Source: an uncultured bacterium (GTDB lineage: Bacteria; B130-G9). From it: 44,385 nt of DNA. Location: NCBI GenBank assembly GCA_965372715.1, contig CBDVDH010000030.1, forward strand, positions 1 through 44,385, read 5' to 3'. The notes beneath the pieces are model-generated. The model was not told the origin of the DNA and made no database searches. It was given only the letters and a program-made list of their open reading frames with translations. Made by a program: the position numbers and the translations under genes. The stretch's first letter is position 1. Each line of letters opens with the position of its first letter. Shown here piece by piece: positions 29,594 to 39,556 of the stretch.

Positions 29594-30835
29594 CTATTCC
29601 TCGAATTTTCTCAATACAATAGAGACATTGGTCCCTCCGAAGCCAAACGAGTTGCTCAGCGTGGTCCGAACCTGCGTGCGCCGAGCGACGTTTGGCACGT
29701 AATCAAGGTCGCACTCCTTATCTGGATGCTCATAGTTGATTGTCGGCGGAATGATGCCTCTGTCCATAGCTAGAACAGATGCGGCGCTCTCAACGCCTCC
29801 TGCGCCGCCAAGCAAATGACCCACCATCGACTTGTTAGCTGTAATCGGAATTCTGTGGGCGTAATCCTTGAACAGGGCTTTGATCGCATCTGTCTCCATC
29901 TTGTCGTTCAATAGCGTCGATGTTCCGTGAGCGTTGATGTGCTCAATCTCGTCGGGCACAAGCCCGGCGTTGTCTATTGCGGCCTTCATCGCTCTCCTTG
30001 CGCCGTCGCCGGTTGGGTCTGGCGCCGTTAAGTGGTATGCGTCCGCGCTCATCCCGGCGCCGAGCATCTCGGCATAGATTCTCACCCCGCGCGCCACAGC
30101 ATGCTCAAGGCTCTCTAGAACAATAATGCCCGCCCCCTCGGCCATCACAAACCCGTCTCGTTCCGCATCAAACGGACGGCTTGCTTTCTCCGGCTCATCG
30201 TTACGCTTCGAAAGGGCTTTCATCGCGCAGAAACCGCCAACGGCCAGCGGTGTAATCACGGCCTCAGAGCCACCAGCAAACATCACGTCGGCCTGGTTGT
30301 AGCGCACAAGGTAGTATGCCTCAGAAATCGAATGCAGCCCACTAGCACAGGCCGTAACCGACGCTGAGTTAGGCCCTTTGGCCCCAAAGAGCATTGAGAC
30401 ATAGCCCGAAGCCATATTGATGATCAGCTTGGGGATGAAAAACGGCGAAATCCGTCTCGGCCCCCTGTCAAGAAGCCGCTTGTGCTGCTCCTCAATCGTT
30501 GGCAAACATCCTATCCCGGCGCCGATGTGGACGCCCACTCGCTCGCCATTCGACCCATCGATCTGGAGGTTGGCATCTGATTTTGCCTCTCTAGCTGCCG
30601 CGACCGCGTATTGAATAAACGTCCCGACCTTACGGATTTCCTTTGCGTCCAGATAGTCAAGCGGGTCGAATCCCTTGACCTCGCCGGCAATCCGAGACGG
30701 ATACTCCGACGCGTCAAATCTCGTTATCGGGCCTATTCCAGAACGGCCTGAAACAAGCGAGTCCCAAAACGCCCCGAGGCCTATGCCAATCGGAGTCACT
30801 ACACCTAAACCAGTTACTACAACCCGTCTTTCCAA
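29594..30835 (-). CDS. fabF: Beta-ketoacyl-ACP synthase II
   Basis: RRVVVTGLG, TACASG, NAHGTST, GHLLGGAG, SNSFGFGG. Confidence 0.96.
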   Translation of the reverse strand: MERRVVVTGLGVVTPIGIGLGAFWDSLVSGRSGIGPITRFDASEYPSRIAGEVKGFDPLDYLDAKEIRKVGTFIQYAVAAAREAKSDANLQIDGSNGERVGVHIGAGIGCLPTIEEQHKRLLDRGPRRISPFFIPKLIINMASGYVSMLFGAKGPNSASVTACASGLHSISEAYYLVRYNQADVMFAGGSEAVITPLAVGGFCAMKALSKRNDEPEKASRPFDAERDGFVMAEGAGIIVLESLEHAVARGVRIYAEMLGAGMSADAYHLTAPDPTGDGARRAMKAAIDNAGLVPDEIEHINAHGTSTLLNDKMETDAIKALFKDYAHRIPITANKSMVGHLLGGAGGVESAASVLAMDRGIIPPTINYEHPDKECDLDYVPNVARRTQVRTTLSNSFGFGGTNVSIVLRKFEE

Positions 30836-30860
30836 AACCTGGCGCCTCTAAAGTTGAATA

Positions 30861-31044
30861 CATCCCGAATCAAGAGAGCGAATCAGGGACGCAACCAGAC
30901 TGATTGTCCATGCACCGCAAACCGCGCGATCCATCCCGTTCAAGGGCGACGCTGCGCTCACACCCGTGCCGACCGATGTCCAGCACCAAACGATCAGTCC
31001 ACGGACGGCTCGTCCTCTGAGAGAGGCTCAAGACGCCCAAGATG
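30861..31044 (-). promoter_or_regulatory. Long rod-like RNA hairpin in the acpP-fabF spacer (candidate RNase III processing site or structured RNA)
   Basis: Manual pairing on the minus strand: CAUCUUGGG/UUCGGGAUG, UCAGAGGACGAGCC/GGUUGCGUCCCUGA, GGACUGAUCGUUUGGUGC/GCAUGGACAAUCAGUCU, with several G-U pairs. Confidence 0.55.
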
Positions 31045-31052
31045 AAGGGGAA

Positions 31053-31298
31053 CTACTCGCCCCCCTCAACCTGTTGCCTGATGTAGTTCACCGCATCGCC
31101 AACAGTCAACAGCTTCTCGCCGTCTTCCTCGGAGATCTTGATGTCGAAATCATCCTCAAACTCCATTATCAGGTCGGCCAACTCAAGTGAATCGGCCCCC
31201 AGATCGTCCTTGAAAGAAGCGTCGCTCGTCAGTCGGTCTTTCTTGACGTTCAGCTTGCTCGCAATCGTGTCCAGAACAGCGCTTTCATCAAAAGCCAT
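31053..31298 (-). CDS. acpP: Acyl carrier protein
   Basis: DLGADSLE phosphopantetheine site; ATG 31298 with GGAGG RBS. Confidence 0.96.
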   Translation of the reverse strand: MAFDESAVLDTIASKLNVKKDRLTSDASFKDDLGADSLELADLIMEFEDDFDIKISEEDGEKLLTVGDAVNYIRQQVEGGE

Positions 31299-31360
31299 CC
31301 CAGCTATACCTCCTGTTGACAAATATGAAACACGAAACCGCATCGGCCTATCAGAGGCCG

Positions 31361-32107
31361 TTACATATATAACCCACCGTTTACGTTGATCACTTGCCCG
31401 GTTATATATCCTGCATCATCCGAGGCCAAATAAGCAACCACATTCGCAACGTCTTCCGAAGTCCCCAGGCGCTTCATCGGTATCATGTCGAACAGCTGCT
31501 GCTTCGCCTTCTCCGGCAGACCGAGCGTCATGGGCGTGTCGATATAACCCGGGGCCACGACGTTGACCGTTACCCCTCGGGCGGCAACCTCCCTTGCAAC
31601 GCTCTTAGAAAAACCGATAACGCCTGCCTTTGAGGCGGCATAGTTGGCCTGACCAACGTTGCCCATCAGCCCTGCCACGGAGCTAACGCTTACTACTCGA
31701 CCTCTTCGGCGGGAAATCATACCACGTATCACGCTCCTCGTGCAATTAAAAACGCTCGTCAAATTGACGGCAAGAACCTTGCCCCAGTCGTCATCTGACA
31801 TCCGCATCAGAAGCTTGTCAATCGTTATGCCGGCGTTGTTCACCAGAACGTCTAGCCGATCGTAATGGTCCTCGATGTCCTTCACCATCGCGGCAACCTT
31901 CGCCGAATCCGTAACGTCGCAGTTGAACGTCAGCGTGTCCGAACCGAGCGCCTCGAGCTCGCGCTGGGTCTCGTTCATTGCGTCTTCCAGCAAATCGCAT
32001 ATCGCCACGTTCATTCCGTCCCTCGCAAACCGCTCCGCGATGGCTTTACCAATGCCTCTCGCCGCCCCAGTAACCAGCGCCACTTGCTTTTCAGCAGTCA
32101 TCATCAA
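31361..32107 (-). CDS. fabG: 3-oxoacyl-ACP reductase
   Basis: TGAARGIG, NNAGIT, NYAASKAG, VAPGYIDT; fab operon context. Confidence 0.96.
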   Translation of the reverse strand: MMMTAEKQVALVTGAARGIGKAIAERFARDGMNVAICDLLEDAMNETQRELEALGSDTLTFNCDVTDSAKVAAMVKDIEDHYDRLDVLVNNAGITIDKLLMRMSDDDWGKVLAVNLTSVFNCTRSVIRGMISRRRGRVVSVSSVAGLMGNVGQANYAASKAGVIGFSKSVAREVAARGVTVNVVAPGYIDTPMTLGLPEKAKQQLFDMIPMKRLGTSEDVANVVAYLASDDAGYITGQVINVNGGLYM

Positions 32108-32183
32108 TCTCTCCCTTCAAATGTGGCCAATGCGTCAAGATACCGCCTGCGTGACTCGCTTTCGCCATGCGCCATCAGTCGTT

Positions 32184-33801
32184 TCAGCCGAACAACTTGG
32201 CGTTATCGTCGCTGCGTTGCTTCTTGGCCTTCGGCGCTCTCTTGAACGTGACATTAGTATGCTTCGACGGCGGGTAGTCAATTCCCTTCCCGCGCATGAG
32301 GTCATCGACAGTGAGAACCTGAATGCGCGGGTAGTGCTTATCCCAGCCGGGAGAGTAATAGAAGCCCGCGCCCGCAGCCTCTTCACTCATGCTCTTGGTG
32401 GGACACCGCATCGTGATTAGGACGCCGATCTCTGCTTCCTCGCGGTCCATCACGCCCCGCAGGTCCCGAATGTGAGAGACGGACACGTGGCCCGACTTCA
32501 CGGAGATGATTATCTGCTTTGTATCGGCGCCTTTGCCCTCATCGTGGAAGTAGAGTCTCCCGTCAATCCCCTTGTCGGCGCCTTTCTTCTCCTCGACAGG
32601 CCTCGCCCCAACAAGGCCCAACGCCCACCATTGGAACTGGTATGGATTATGCCTTGCGAGCTCCATCGCGCCGGAGATAGAGACGGGCTCGCCGATAACG
32701 TCAAACTCCTTCCGGATGTTCTCGCCGAACGTGTTCTCGAGCCGATACTTCATGAGCGTCACAGCGAGATGAGTAATGTCGATCCCGATCCATCGGCGCT
32801 TGAGGCGCTGCGCCACGGCGACCGTTGTCCCGCAGCCGCAGAACGGGTCGAGCACCACGTCCCCCTCGCTGCTGCTGGCCCTGACGATCCGCTCCAAGAG
32901 CGCCTCGGGCTTCTGCGTCGGGTAGCCAAGCCGCTCCTTGGCCTGCGAGTTAATTGGGGGGATGTCAGTCCATACCCCCGTGACAGGCTGGCCTTCGGTA
33001 TCGTCCAAATGCCGTTTGTATCTTGGCATGCCAGTGCGCGTGAAAACGATCCGGCCTTCGGCCATCCATCTGTCGATGGTTTCCTGCTCCATCCAATGGC
33101 ACCCCTTGGGCGGCGCTATCTGCCTGTCCCCGAACTTCCGCGGAGGACCGGGGCCTTTGCCATGCGCAACGACGAGCTGATATCGGTGCCCCGATTCGTC
33201 TTTTCGGCGATAATGTGTCCGAACATACTCATCATCATAACGCTGATAGCTTGGGTTCCAGAACACTTCGTCTCTATCCACGGCGTAATAGAGGATCGTG
33301 TCATGTATTGCATGGTAACTCGTAGCCCCCCCATGACTCGCGGACCTTTTCCAGATGATCTCCGACCTGAAGTTCTTCACGCCAAAAACCGAATCCATCA
33401 GCAGCTTCAAGAAATGGGTCGCAGTGCAGGTAGATACTGCCGGTCGGCTTCAGCACGCGCCTCAGCTCGACGAGGCGCGGGGCCATCATGGCGAGGTAGG
33501 CCAGCATATCATTCTCGCCCAGGAACTTCCTGAACGCCTGCATCGCTCCCAATACGGGGCCGCCGGCCTCCACAACCAGCTGATACGCAAGCGCCGCCTC
33601 CTGGTCCCAGCGCCAAGTGTCCTTGAACGCCTTGACCTGCGCCGTTGACTGAGTCCCGTTTCTCTCCGCGAACAGAACGTTATAGTCCTGATCGCTCTTA
33701 AACGGCGGATCAAGATAGATCAGATCAACCGATTCATCCTTGACGTATTGTCTCAAGACCTCAAGGTTGTCGCCGTAATACAAAGCGTTCTTGTCGATCA
33801 T
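32184..33801 (-). pseudogene. Frameshifted beta-class amino-DNA methyltransferase fused to a C-terminal Mrr-like PD-(D/E)xK domain
   Basis: 5' part has LYYGDNL, YLDPPF and GSIYLHCDP. The frame changes at about 33415. 3' part has [25 protein letters not shown] and 'GADKGIDG...IISVKSG'. Confidence 0.88.
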
Positions 33802-33873
33802 CGCCAACCTTCACCTGTTTCCGGAATAAGAGAACACATTCCAGATGTATTCTGGCTTTCCGGCCACATTTCA

Positions 33874-34827
33874 TCAAGAGCCATAAGAATCACAGAAGAC
33901 CTCGAAGCTCTCCGGTCCGTCAACGTTTGAGATGCCCACATCCCTCGATATTCGTTTGATGAACGACGAGATGATCCTCTGCGGGCCGACCTCCACAAAA
34001 TCCGTAACGCCCATCTCGATCATTCTCTTGACGCAATCCTCCCAAAGAACCGGCGAGGTCATCTGCCTCTTCAGGGCATCGACAACATCCTCTTTCGCTT
34101 CGACGGGCGAGGCGCTCGCGTTTGCGATGATTGGCACTTTGGCATCCTTGAATGGTAGCTTGACAAGTTCGAGGCCGAACTTCTCCGCTGCCGGCGCCAT
34201 CAGTTTCGAGTGAAACGGCGCGGACAGTGCGAGCTTAACGAGCCTTCTCGCGCCCTTCGCCTTGAGCATCTCCATTGCCTTGCCCAGAAGCGCCATTTCG
34301 CCGGAGATGACGATCTGACCTGGGCAGTTGATGTTGGCGGCGCGTATCTCGCCCTCGCTCCGGAGCTTCTCGCATACATCCTCGATTGAATCTCTGTCCA
34401 GACCGATGACCGCAACCATGCCGCCCTCGCCCACTGGGACCGTCTCCTGCATCAGCTGCGCCCTTCTCTGGACGAGCCGGAGAGCATCCTCAAACTCGAT
34501 ACAGTCCGCGCAGACCGCCGCCGTGTATTCGCCCAGGCTGTGGCCAGCGACGAGGCGCGGCTCGACCCCGGTCTTTTCCCTCATCATGGACAAAATGGCG
34601 TACGACGTCGCCAGCACGGCCGGCTGCGTGTTCTCGGTTAGGTCGAGCTGCTCCTTAGGCCCCTCGAAGCAGAGCTTGGCCAGGTCGAAGCCAAGCACGT
34701 CGTTTGCGGTCTCAAATGCCCCTCTCGCCGTCTCGAACTCCTCCGCCATCGCCTTGCCCATGCCCACGTATTGGGCCGCCTGGCCGGGGAACACAAACGC
34801 TAGCGTCTTGCCACTCACTGTTCCCAC
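33874..34827 (-). CDS. fabD: Malonyl-CoA:ACP transacylase
   Basis: FVFPGQ, TQPA, GHSLGEY, APFHS.LM, EVGP. Confidence 0.96.
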   Translation of the reverse strand: MGTVSGKTLAFVFPGQAAQYVGMGKAMAEEFETARGAFETANDVLGFDLAKLCFEGPKEQLDLTENTQPAVLATSYAILSMMREKTGVEPRLVAGHSLGEYTAAVCADCIEFEDALRLVQRRAQLMQETVPVGEGGMVAVIGLDRDSIEDVCEKLRSEGEIRAANINCPGQIVISGEMALLGKAMEMLKAKGARRLVKLALSAPFHSKLMAPAAEKFGLELVKLPFKDAKVPIIANASASPVEAKEDVVDALKRQMTSPVLWEDCVKRMIEMGVTDFVEVGPQRIISSFIKRISRDVGISNVDGPESFEVFCDSYGS

Positions 34828-34926
34828 CTCTGCTGACTGTTCAACCCCTTCAGGGTTGGGTGTTTTTCGCTCGCCACTTCGTCCGAAGGATGCCAGTCCA
34901 TAGTATGGTATTTCTGGCGCCCGACG

Positions 34927-36081
34927 CTATAGCTTCCCGGCTTCTTTGACCAGCTTGAGGCCGATGATCTCGCGCTGTATCTGGTTAGTGCCCTCGTAAA
35001 TCTGCGTTATCTTCGCGTCTCGCATCATCTTCTCGACCGGATACTCCTTCATGTAGCCGTAGCCGCCAAGCACCTGAACCGCGTTGGTTGTAACCTCCAT
35101 CGCCACGTCCGAGGCGAAGACCTTGGCCATCGCCGATTCCTTTGAGATGTCCTTCGCTCCGGCGTCGATCATCCTCGCGGCACAATAAACGAGCGCCCGA
35201 GCTGCCTCGATCTTGGTCGCCATGTCAGCCAGCATGTGCCGTATCGCCTGAAATGAAGCAATCGGCTTCCCAAATTGGACTCGCTCGGTGGCATATCTGG
35301 CCGCCTCCTCGAAAGCCCCCTGTGCAACACCGACGGCCTGGGCGCCAATGCCGGGACGCGTCTTCTCAAAGGTCTTCATCGTAATAATAAACCCGTAGCC
35401 CTCTCGCTTCAGGATGCTGTCCTTGTGAACCCGGCAGTCGGTGAACACGAGCTCCCGCGTGGTTGACGCGCGAATGCCCATCTTGTTTTCTTTCTTACCG
35501 AAATCGAAGCCCTCGTGGCCCTTCTCGACCATGAAAGCGGTCAGCCCCCTCGCTCCCCTGTCGGGGTCGGTGCTGGCGATCACGGTGTAAATCTCTGCCT
35601 CGCCGCCGTTGGTTATCCACTGCTTCGTTCCGTTAATGATGAAGTAATCCCCGTCGCGAACAGCTCTCGTCCGCACCGCCGCAGCGTCGCTGCCAGCGTC
35701 CGCCTCAGTCAGCGCAAACGCGGTCAGCCTCTTGCCCTCGGCGATATCCGGCAGGTATTTTCTCTTCTGCTCGTCGTTGCCGAACATGATTATCGGATAC
35801 GCCCCGAGCCCGGTAGCGGCGAACGAAAGCGCGATGCCGCTGCAAACGCGGCTCAACTCCTCTGTAACGAGGCAGAAGTCCGTAACGCCACCGCCGAGGC
35901 CCTCGTATTCCTCGGGAATCAGAAGCGCGAACAGGCCCGCCTGCCCGAGCGTCTTGACAATGCCCCAGGGAAACTCCCCCGTCTCATCCAGCTCCTCGCG
36001 GATCGGCTTCATCTGCTCCTCGGCGATGCGCCTCGCGAGTTTTCTCGTCTCTTCCTGCTCCTCAGTAAAGAAGTAATCCAT
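34927..36081 (-). CDS. Acyl-CoA dehydrogenase (short-chain/butyryl-CoA dehydrogenase-like)
   Basis: FALTEADAGSD, NGTKQWITNG, R.QFGKPI..FQ, GGYGY, QIYEGTNQIQ; start at MDYFF. Confidence 0.93.
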   Translation of the reverse strand: MDYFFTEEQEETRKLARRIAEEQMKPIREELDETGEFPWGIVKTLGQAGLFALLIPEEYEGLGGGVTDFCLVTEELSRVCSGIALSFAATGLGAYPIIMFGNDEQKRKYLPDIAEGKRLTAFALTEADAGSDAAAVRTRAVRDGDYFIINGTKQWITNGGEAEIYTVIASTDPDRGARGLTAFMVEKGHEGFDFGKKENKMGIRASTTRELVFTDCRVHKDSILKREGYGFIITMKTFEKTRPGIGAQAVGVAQGAFEEAARYATERVQFGKPIASFQAIRHMLADMATKIEAARALVYCAARMIDAGAKDISKESAMAKVFASDVAMEVTTNAVQVLGGYGYMKEYPVEKMMRDAKITQIYEGTNQIQREIIGLKLVKEAGKL

Positions 36082-36493
36082 TCCGTGCTCCCGTTGCGTT
36101 TTTTTGCTTGCACTTTGAAATTGGTTGTGCTCTGATAGCTTCGTCACATGATACATTGCCCAGTGGCGGGTTACCTCCCTGTTCACAAACTCGGCCGCCA
36201 CTGGGCGCCTCTCCCTCATTTCTCGCCTAACGACTCATCTAGGGCAACCGATGGAACTCCTGACTTCAATGCGCAGTATGACCCTTGGTGGGTCTGAGGG
36301 GCATCAATGGACTTCCGGTTACATACGAGGCACACACGTAACTCGCCATTCTATCGGTAGTTACGACGATGGGTGGCTGTCGCTCGCCGCCGCCGGTTAC
36401 ATCGCGTTACATACATTCTAGGCCCAAAATGGCACAAAGCTGGCGTCCCTCTTGGAACAGCTGCCTTGCTCACGCTGCTTGATCATATTGGCA

Positions 36494-37546
36494 TCAATTG
36501 TCTCCGGCCAGCGGTAGCCAGTGTTTCACCTCTAACCGAGTCCATGCGATTCGCATGTGTTGGGCATGGAACATCCTCCGTTTCCGGTCGGTCCATTGGT
36601 GAATCTTCCTGACTGCCTCATCGGCGTTCCGGGCGGGGGCTGCGTCATGACGAGAGACCCAATGGACCGATGACAGCAGTTCCATTCCATAAGGCGTCTC
36701 AAAGCCCTCGATCAATTCCGCCACTTGCGCCAGACGTGTTCGACTTTCTTGTTGTGTTTCTAGGAACTCGATTGCCTCTTGAGAAGCACCAGGAAGCAGT
36801 TCGATTTCCACATCTGGTTTCTGTGTGTCGCCGTAGCCCCGGGTGAAATGCCCCTCCATTACTTCCACAAGCTTGTTCAAATTATGGGCATAGGGTCCAT
36901 AAAAGCTCGGCTTGTACTTCAGCCGCAGACGTTCACCCGCTTCCTGTAGGAAGTACGCGAGCTTCTGGATTTCGAGCAATGTCAGGCGGTAGGCCATTTC
37001 GTTGTATTGCGCCATGAGTCTGATGAGCAGCGCTCTAGCCATCGTCATTTGTGGGCGTTGAGTCCCTACCGGCATGGTCTTGGCCTCTGGTGCTCCAAGA
37101 GGCTCAAACAACAGCACCCGAACTTCGGTAAGCGATGAGAAGGCCTTTTCGATCAACGGGCGGACAACATCCCAATTCAGACCGCCGAGACCGCATCCCA
37201 GCGGCGGGATAGCCACGGACGATACTTTCAGCTTCCTAATCTCGTCGACTAGTGCTGTCAGTCCGGATTTGATGTCATCCAACCGTGACCTGCCGCGCCA
37301 ATGCCGCTTGGTGGGGAAGTTGATAATGTACTTCGGGTTTAGCATCGTGCCGGTTTCGAATACGAACATCTTCCCCGGGCGCATCTCCCTCTCCCGGCAT
37401 GCGCGTTCATAAGCCTTGAAATTGCCCGGAAAGGCCTTCTTGAACTGCAGCGCGATGCCCTTGCCCATGTAGCCGCGACAGTTCACCGTATTGACCAATG
37501 CCTCTGCATCGGCCCTTAGAATGTTGCCTTGGGCAATTCCTATCAT
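36494..37546 (-). CDS. darG: DarG antitoxin (macrodomain DNA ADP-ribosyl glycohydrolase)
   Basis: EALVNTVNC.G.MGKGIALQFK, IINFPTK.HWR, PPLGCGLGGL, and C-terminal LEIQKLAYFLQ...YGPYA...GFETPYGMELLSSVHW; directly downstream of darT. Confidence 0.93.
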   Translation of the reverse strand: MIGIAQGNILRADAEALVNTVNCRGYMGKGIALQFKKAFPGNFKAYERACREREMRPGKMFVFETGTMLNPKYIINFPTKRHWRGRSRLDDIKSGLTALVDEIRKLKVSSVAIPPLGCGLGGLNWDVVRPLIEKAFSSLTEVRVLLFEPLGAPEAKTMPVGTQRPQMTMARALLIRLMAQYNEMAYRLTLLEIQKLAYFLQEAGERLRLKYKPSFYGPYAHNLNKLVEVMEGHFTRGYGDTQKPDVEIELLPGASQEAIEFLETQQESRTRLAQVAELIEGFETPYGMELLSSVHWVSRHDAAPARNADEAVRKIHQWTDRKRRMFHAQHMRIAWTRLEVKHWLPLAGDN

Positions 37547-37559
37547 AGCGACGCCTCCT

Positions 37560-38213
37560 CTAATCAACATAATACCATTCCGGCCGCACCCGAACAGTGC
37601 GATTCAATTGAGGTGGGAACCTGCTCATTATGGTCTCAACATTCTTCTTCATCCGGGCGTTGATGGTGGCGACCTCCTGAATCAACTCCCAGCTGCAGAA
37701 CCGGTGCACGAGGAACTCAGCCTGTTTGCGACGCTGGCGATCCATGTCGTCGACATCATCCTTCCAGTATTGAGCATAGATCGCATCCCAATCCAATTGG
37801 TCCAGTCTCTCCAAGTTGTCAAACCATGTAGTGAAGCCCGCTATGCCATGGCCGTCGGAAAAAACAAGCCCTGAGCCGGTCTCATGGACTGCCTGAGCCG
37901 TTGAAATTAGGTAGACAATAGGTTCCTGGCCCTCATCGTATTCTTCCACCCATCCGGTATGAAGCTGGTAGAGCATGGGTGAGCGAGGCCCCAAGTAGAA
38001 GGACACGTAGTCATGGATGACTCCTCCAGGTCCGCACGGTATCCGAGTGACTTGGCGCCGATTCTGGACATCAACGTTGTGAATGGTCTTGTATGTCAAT
38101 CCGTTGTCAGGAGTATGGTTTGGCGCATGCAGGCCGCCCCGCTGCAGATATGTGTGGAGATTATCAACATGCATAACGCGATATATCGGAGTCGGCTTTA
38201 GCACAGCCAGCAT
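37560..38213 (-). CDS. darT: DarT toxin (DUF4433, ssDNA thymidine ADP-ribosyltransferase)
   Basis: H.DNL, HDYVSFY..PRSPMLY, FSDGH, RRKQAEFLVH (catalytic Glu). Confidence 0.93.
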   Translation of the reverse strand: MLAVLKPTPIYRVMHVDNLHTYLQRGGLHAPNHTPDNGLTYKTIHNVDVQNRRQVTRIPCGPGGVIHDYVSFYLGPRSPMLYQLHTGWVEEYDEGQEPIVYLISTAQAVHETGSGLVFSDGHGIAGFTTWFDNLERLDQLDWDAIYAQYWKDDVDDMDRQRRKQAEFLVHRFCSWELIQEVATINARMKKNVETIMSRFPPQLNRTVRVRPEWYYVD

Positions 38214-38278
38214 GCTACCTCCGCTCGGTCATCCATCTTGCCCATCACCGCCACAATGATAAGTGAAGTCAGACACCG

Positions 38279-38338
38279 AAGTGGCACCTCAATGCTGTCG
38301 CCACAGCAGGGCGTGTTCTTGATGTGCGCAATCGTCAT
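38279..38338 (-). pseudogene. Decayed 5' remnant of the same methyltransferase gene family
   Basis: Minus strand CAAGAAC-N12-GGCGACA-GCATTGAGGT matches the 33801 gene start CAAGAAC-N12-GGCGACA-ACCTTGAGGT (IKNTPCCGDSIEV vs DKNALYYGDNLEV). Confidence 0.5.
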
Positions 38339-38392
38339 GATTCCCTATCCCCACATCAGCGCCCACCAGGGCAAATCTCACCCTCTGCTTGG

Positions 38393-39556
38393 TCATATCG
38401 GCTCGGTCCCTTCGTTGAGGATGTTGATGTATTGCAGGTAGCCAAAGCGGCGAGAGCGCTCCCTTCCAGTCAGCTCGCCGACAATCTGAAGCTCTTGAAG
38501 CCTCTTGAGTGCCGCGGATACGGTGGGCGCCGTCAGTTCTGTGAGGCGCGATATCTTATTGATCGTGGCAATAGGGCTTTCCTGAAGCGCCTGATGGACC
38601 CGCAGCACTGAGCCAGCCGCCCTGCCTATCGATTGAATCTTCTTCCGATCCTCCTCAAAGAGCTTCACTAGCCTCTGCACCGTGCTTACAGCCACCTCAG
38701 AGGTCTCTTTCACTCCCTCGACGAAGAAGCGCAGCCACGCCTCCCAGTCGCCCTCCGTGCGAACTCTTTGCAGTAGGTCGTAGTATTCCTGCCGGCGGTT
38801 CTTGAAATAGAGGCTCAGATAGAGCATGGGCTCTTTCAGCGCGCCTTCCGCGCATAACAGAAAGGTAACCAGTAACCGTCCAAGGCGCCCATTGCCGTCC
38901 AAGAAGGGATGAATCGTCTCAAACTGCACGTGCGCCAGAGCGGCTCTGATTAGTAGCGGCGTTCTCACCGGCTGGTCATGGAGGAACTTCTCAAGCGCTC
39001 CCATACAGTCGGCAATGCTGGATGCTGGAGGAGGCACGAATACCGCGTTGCCAGGTCGTGTGCCGCCTACCCAATTCTGGGATCTTCTGAACTCGCCGGG
39101 CTCCTTATCACTTCCGCATCCCGTGCTTACTAGGATTCTATGTATCTCGCGCAGCAACCTCAGGGAAAGAGGGAAACCGCCCCGAAGCCGCTCAAGCCCG
39201 TGAGTCATCGCCGCAACGTAATTGGAGACTTCCTTGACATCGTCCAACGGGACACCCGGCGCCTCCTCGCTCTCAAAGAGCAGGAGGTCGGAGAAAGACG
39301 ACTGCGTGCCCTCAATCTGTGACGAAAGAACCGCCTCTTTTCTGATATACATGTAGAGAAAAAGCGATGGGTCCGGAAGCAACGTGGTAACGCTGTCGAG
39401 GCGACCCAGCGCGATCAGCGCGCGGTCAATGAGATCCCGGAGGTCGTCGTCAATCTCAAGAGGTGGATTCGGAGGGAGCGGATAGGGCACGAAGGCGCGA
39501 CACTCTTCACCTCCAACTCTCGAAATAGTTATATAGTTCCCAGTCTCTCTCTTCAT
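38393..39556 (-). CDS. Fic family protein (Fic_N, Fic and C-terminal HTH)
   Basis: Canonical HPFLDGNGRLGR motif, inhibitory-helix-like SSQIEGT, C-terminal winged-helix pattern. Confidence 0.93.
   Translation of the reverse strand: MKRETGNYITISRVGGEECRAFVPYPLPPNPPLEIDDDLRDLIDRALIALGRLDSVTTLLPDPSLFLYMYIRKEAVLSSQIEGTQSSFSDLLLFESEEAPGVPLDDVKEVSNYVAAMTHGLERLRGGFPLSLRLLREIHRILVSTGCGSDKEPGEFRRSQNWVGGTRPGNAVFVPPPASSIADCMGALEKFLHDQPVRTPLLIRAALAHVQFETIHPFLDGNGRLGRLLVTFLLCAEGALKEPMLYLSLYFKNRRQEYYDLLQRVRTEGDWEAWLRFFVEGVKETSEVAVSTVQRLVKLFEEDRKKIQSIGRAAGSVLRVHQALQESPIATINKISRLTELTAPTVSAALKRLQELQIVGELTGRERSRRFGYLQYINILNEGTEPI

Noticed and set aside
33395-33430. Programmed frameshift or phase variation in the methyltransferase
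   Set aside because: No slippery heptamer or homopolymer/SSR tract, and conserved residues are missing, which fits a deletion.
36227-36233. GTTAGGC on the minus strand as an integron attC core downstream of darG
   Set aside because: No matching RYYYAAC partner or attC-like fold was found at a suitable distance, and there is no integron integrase.
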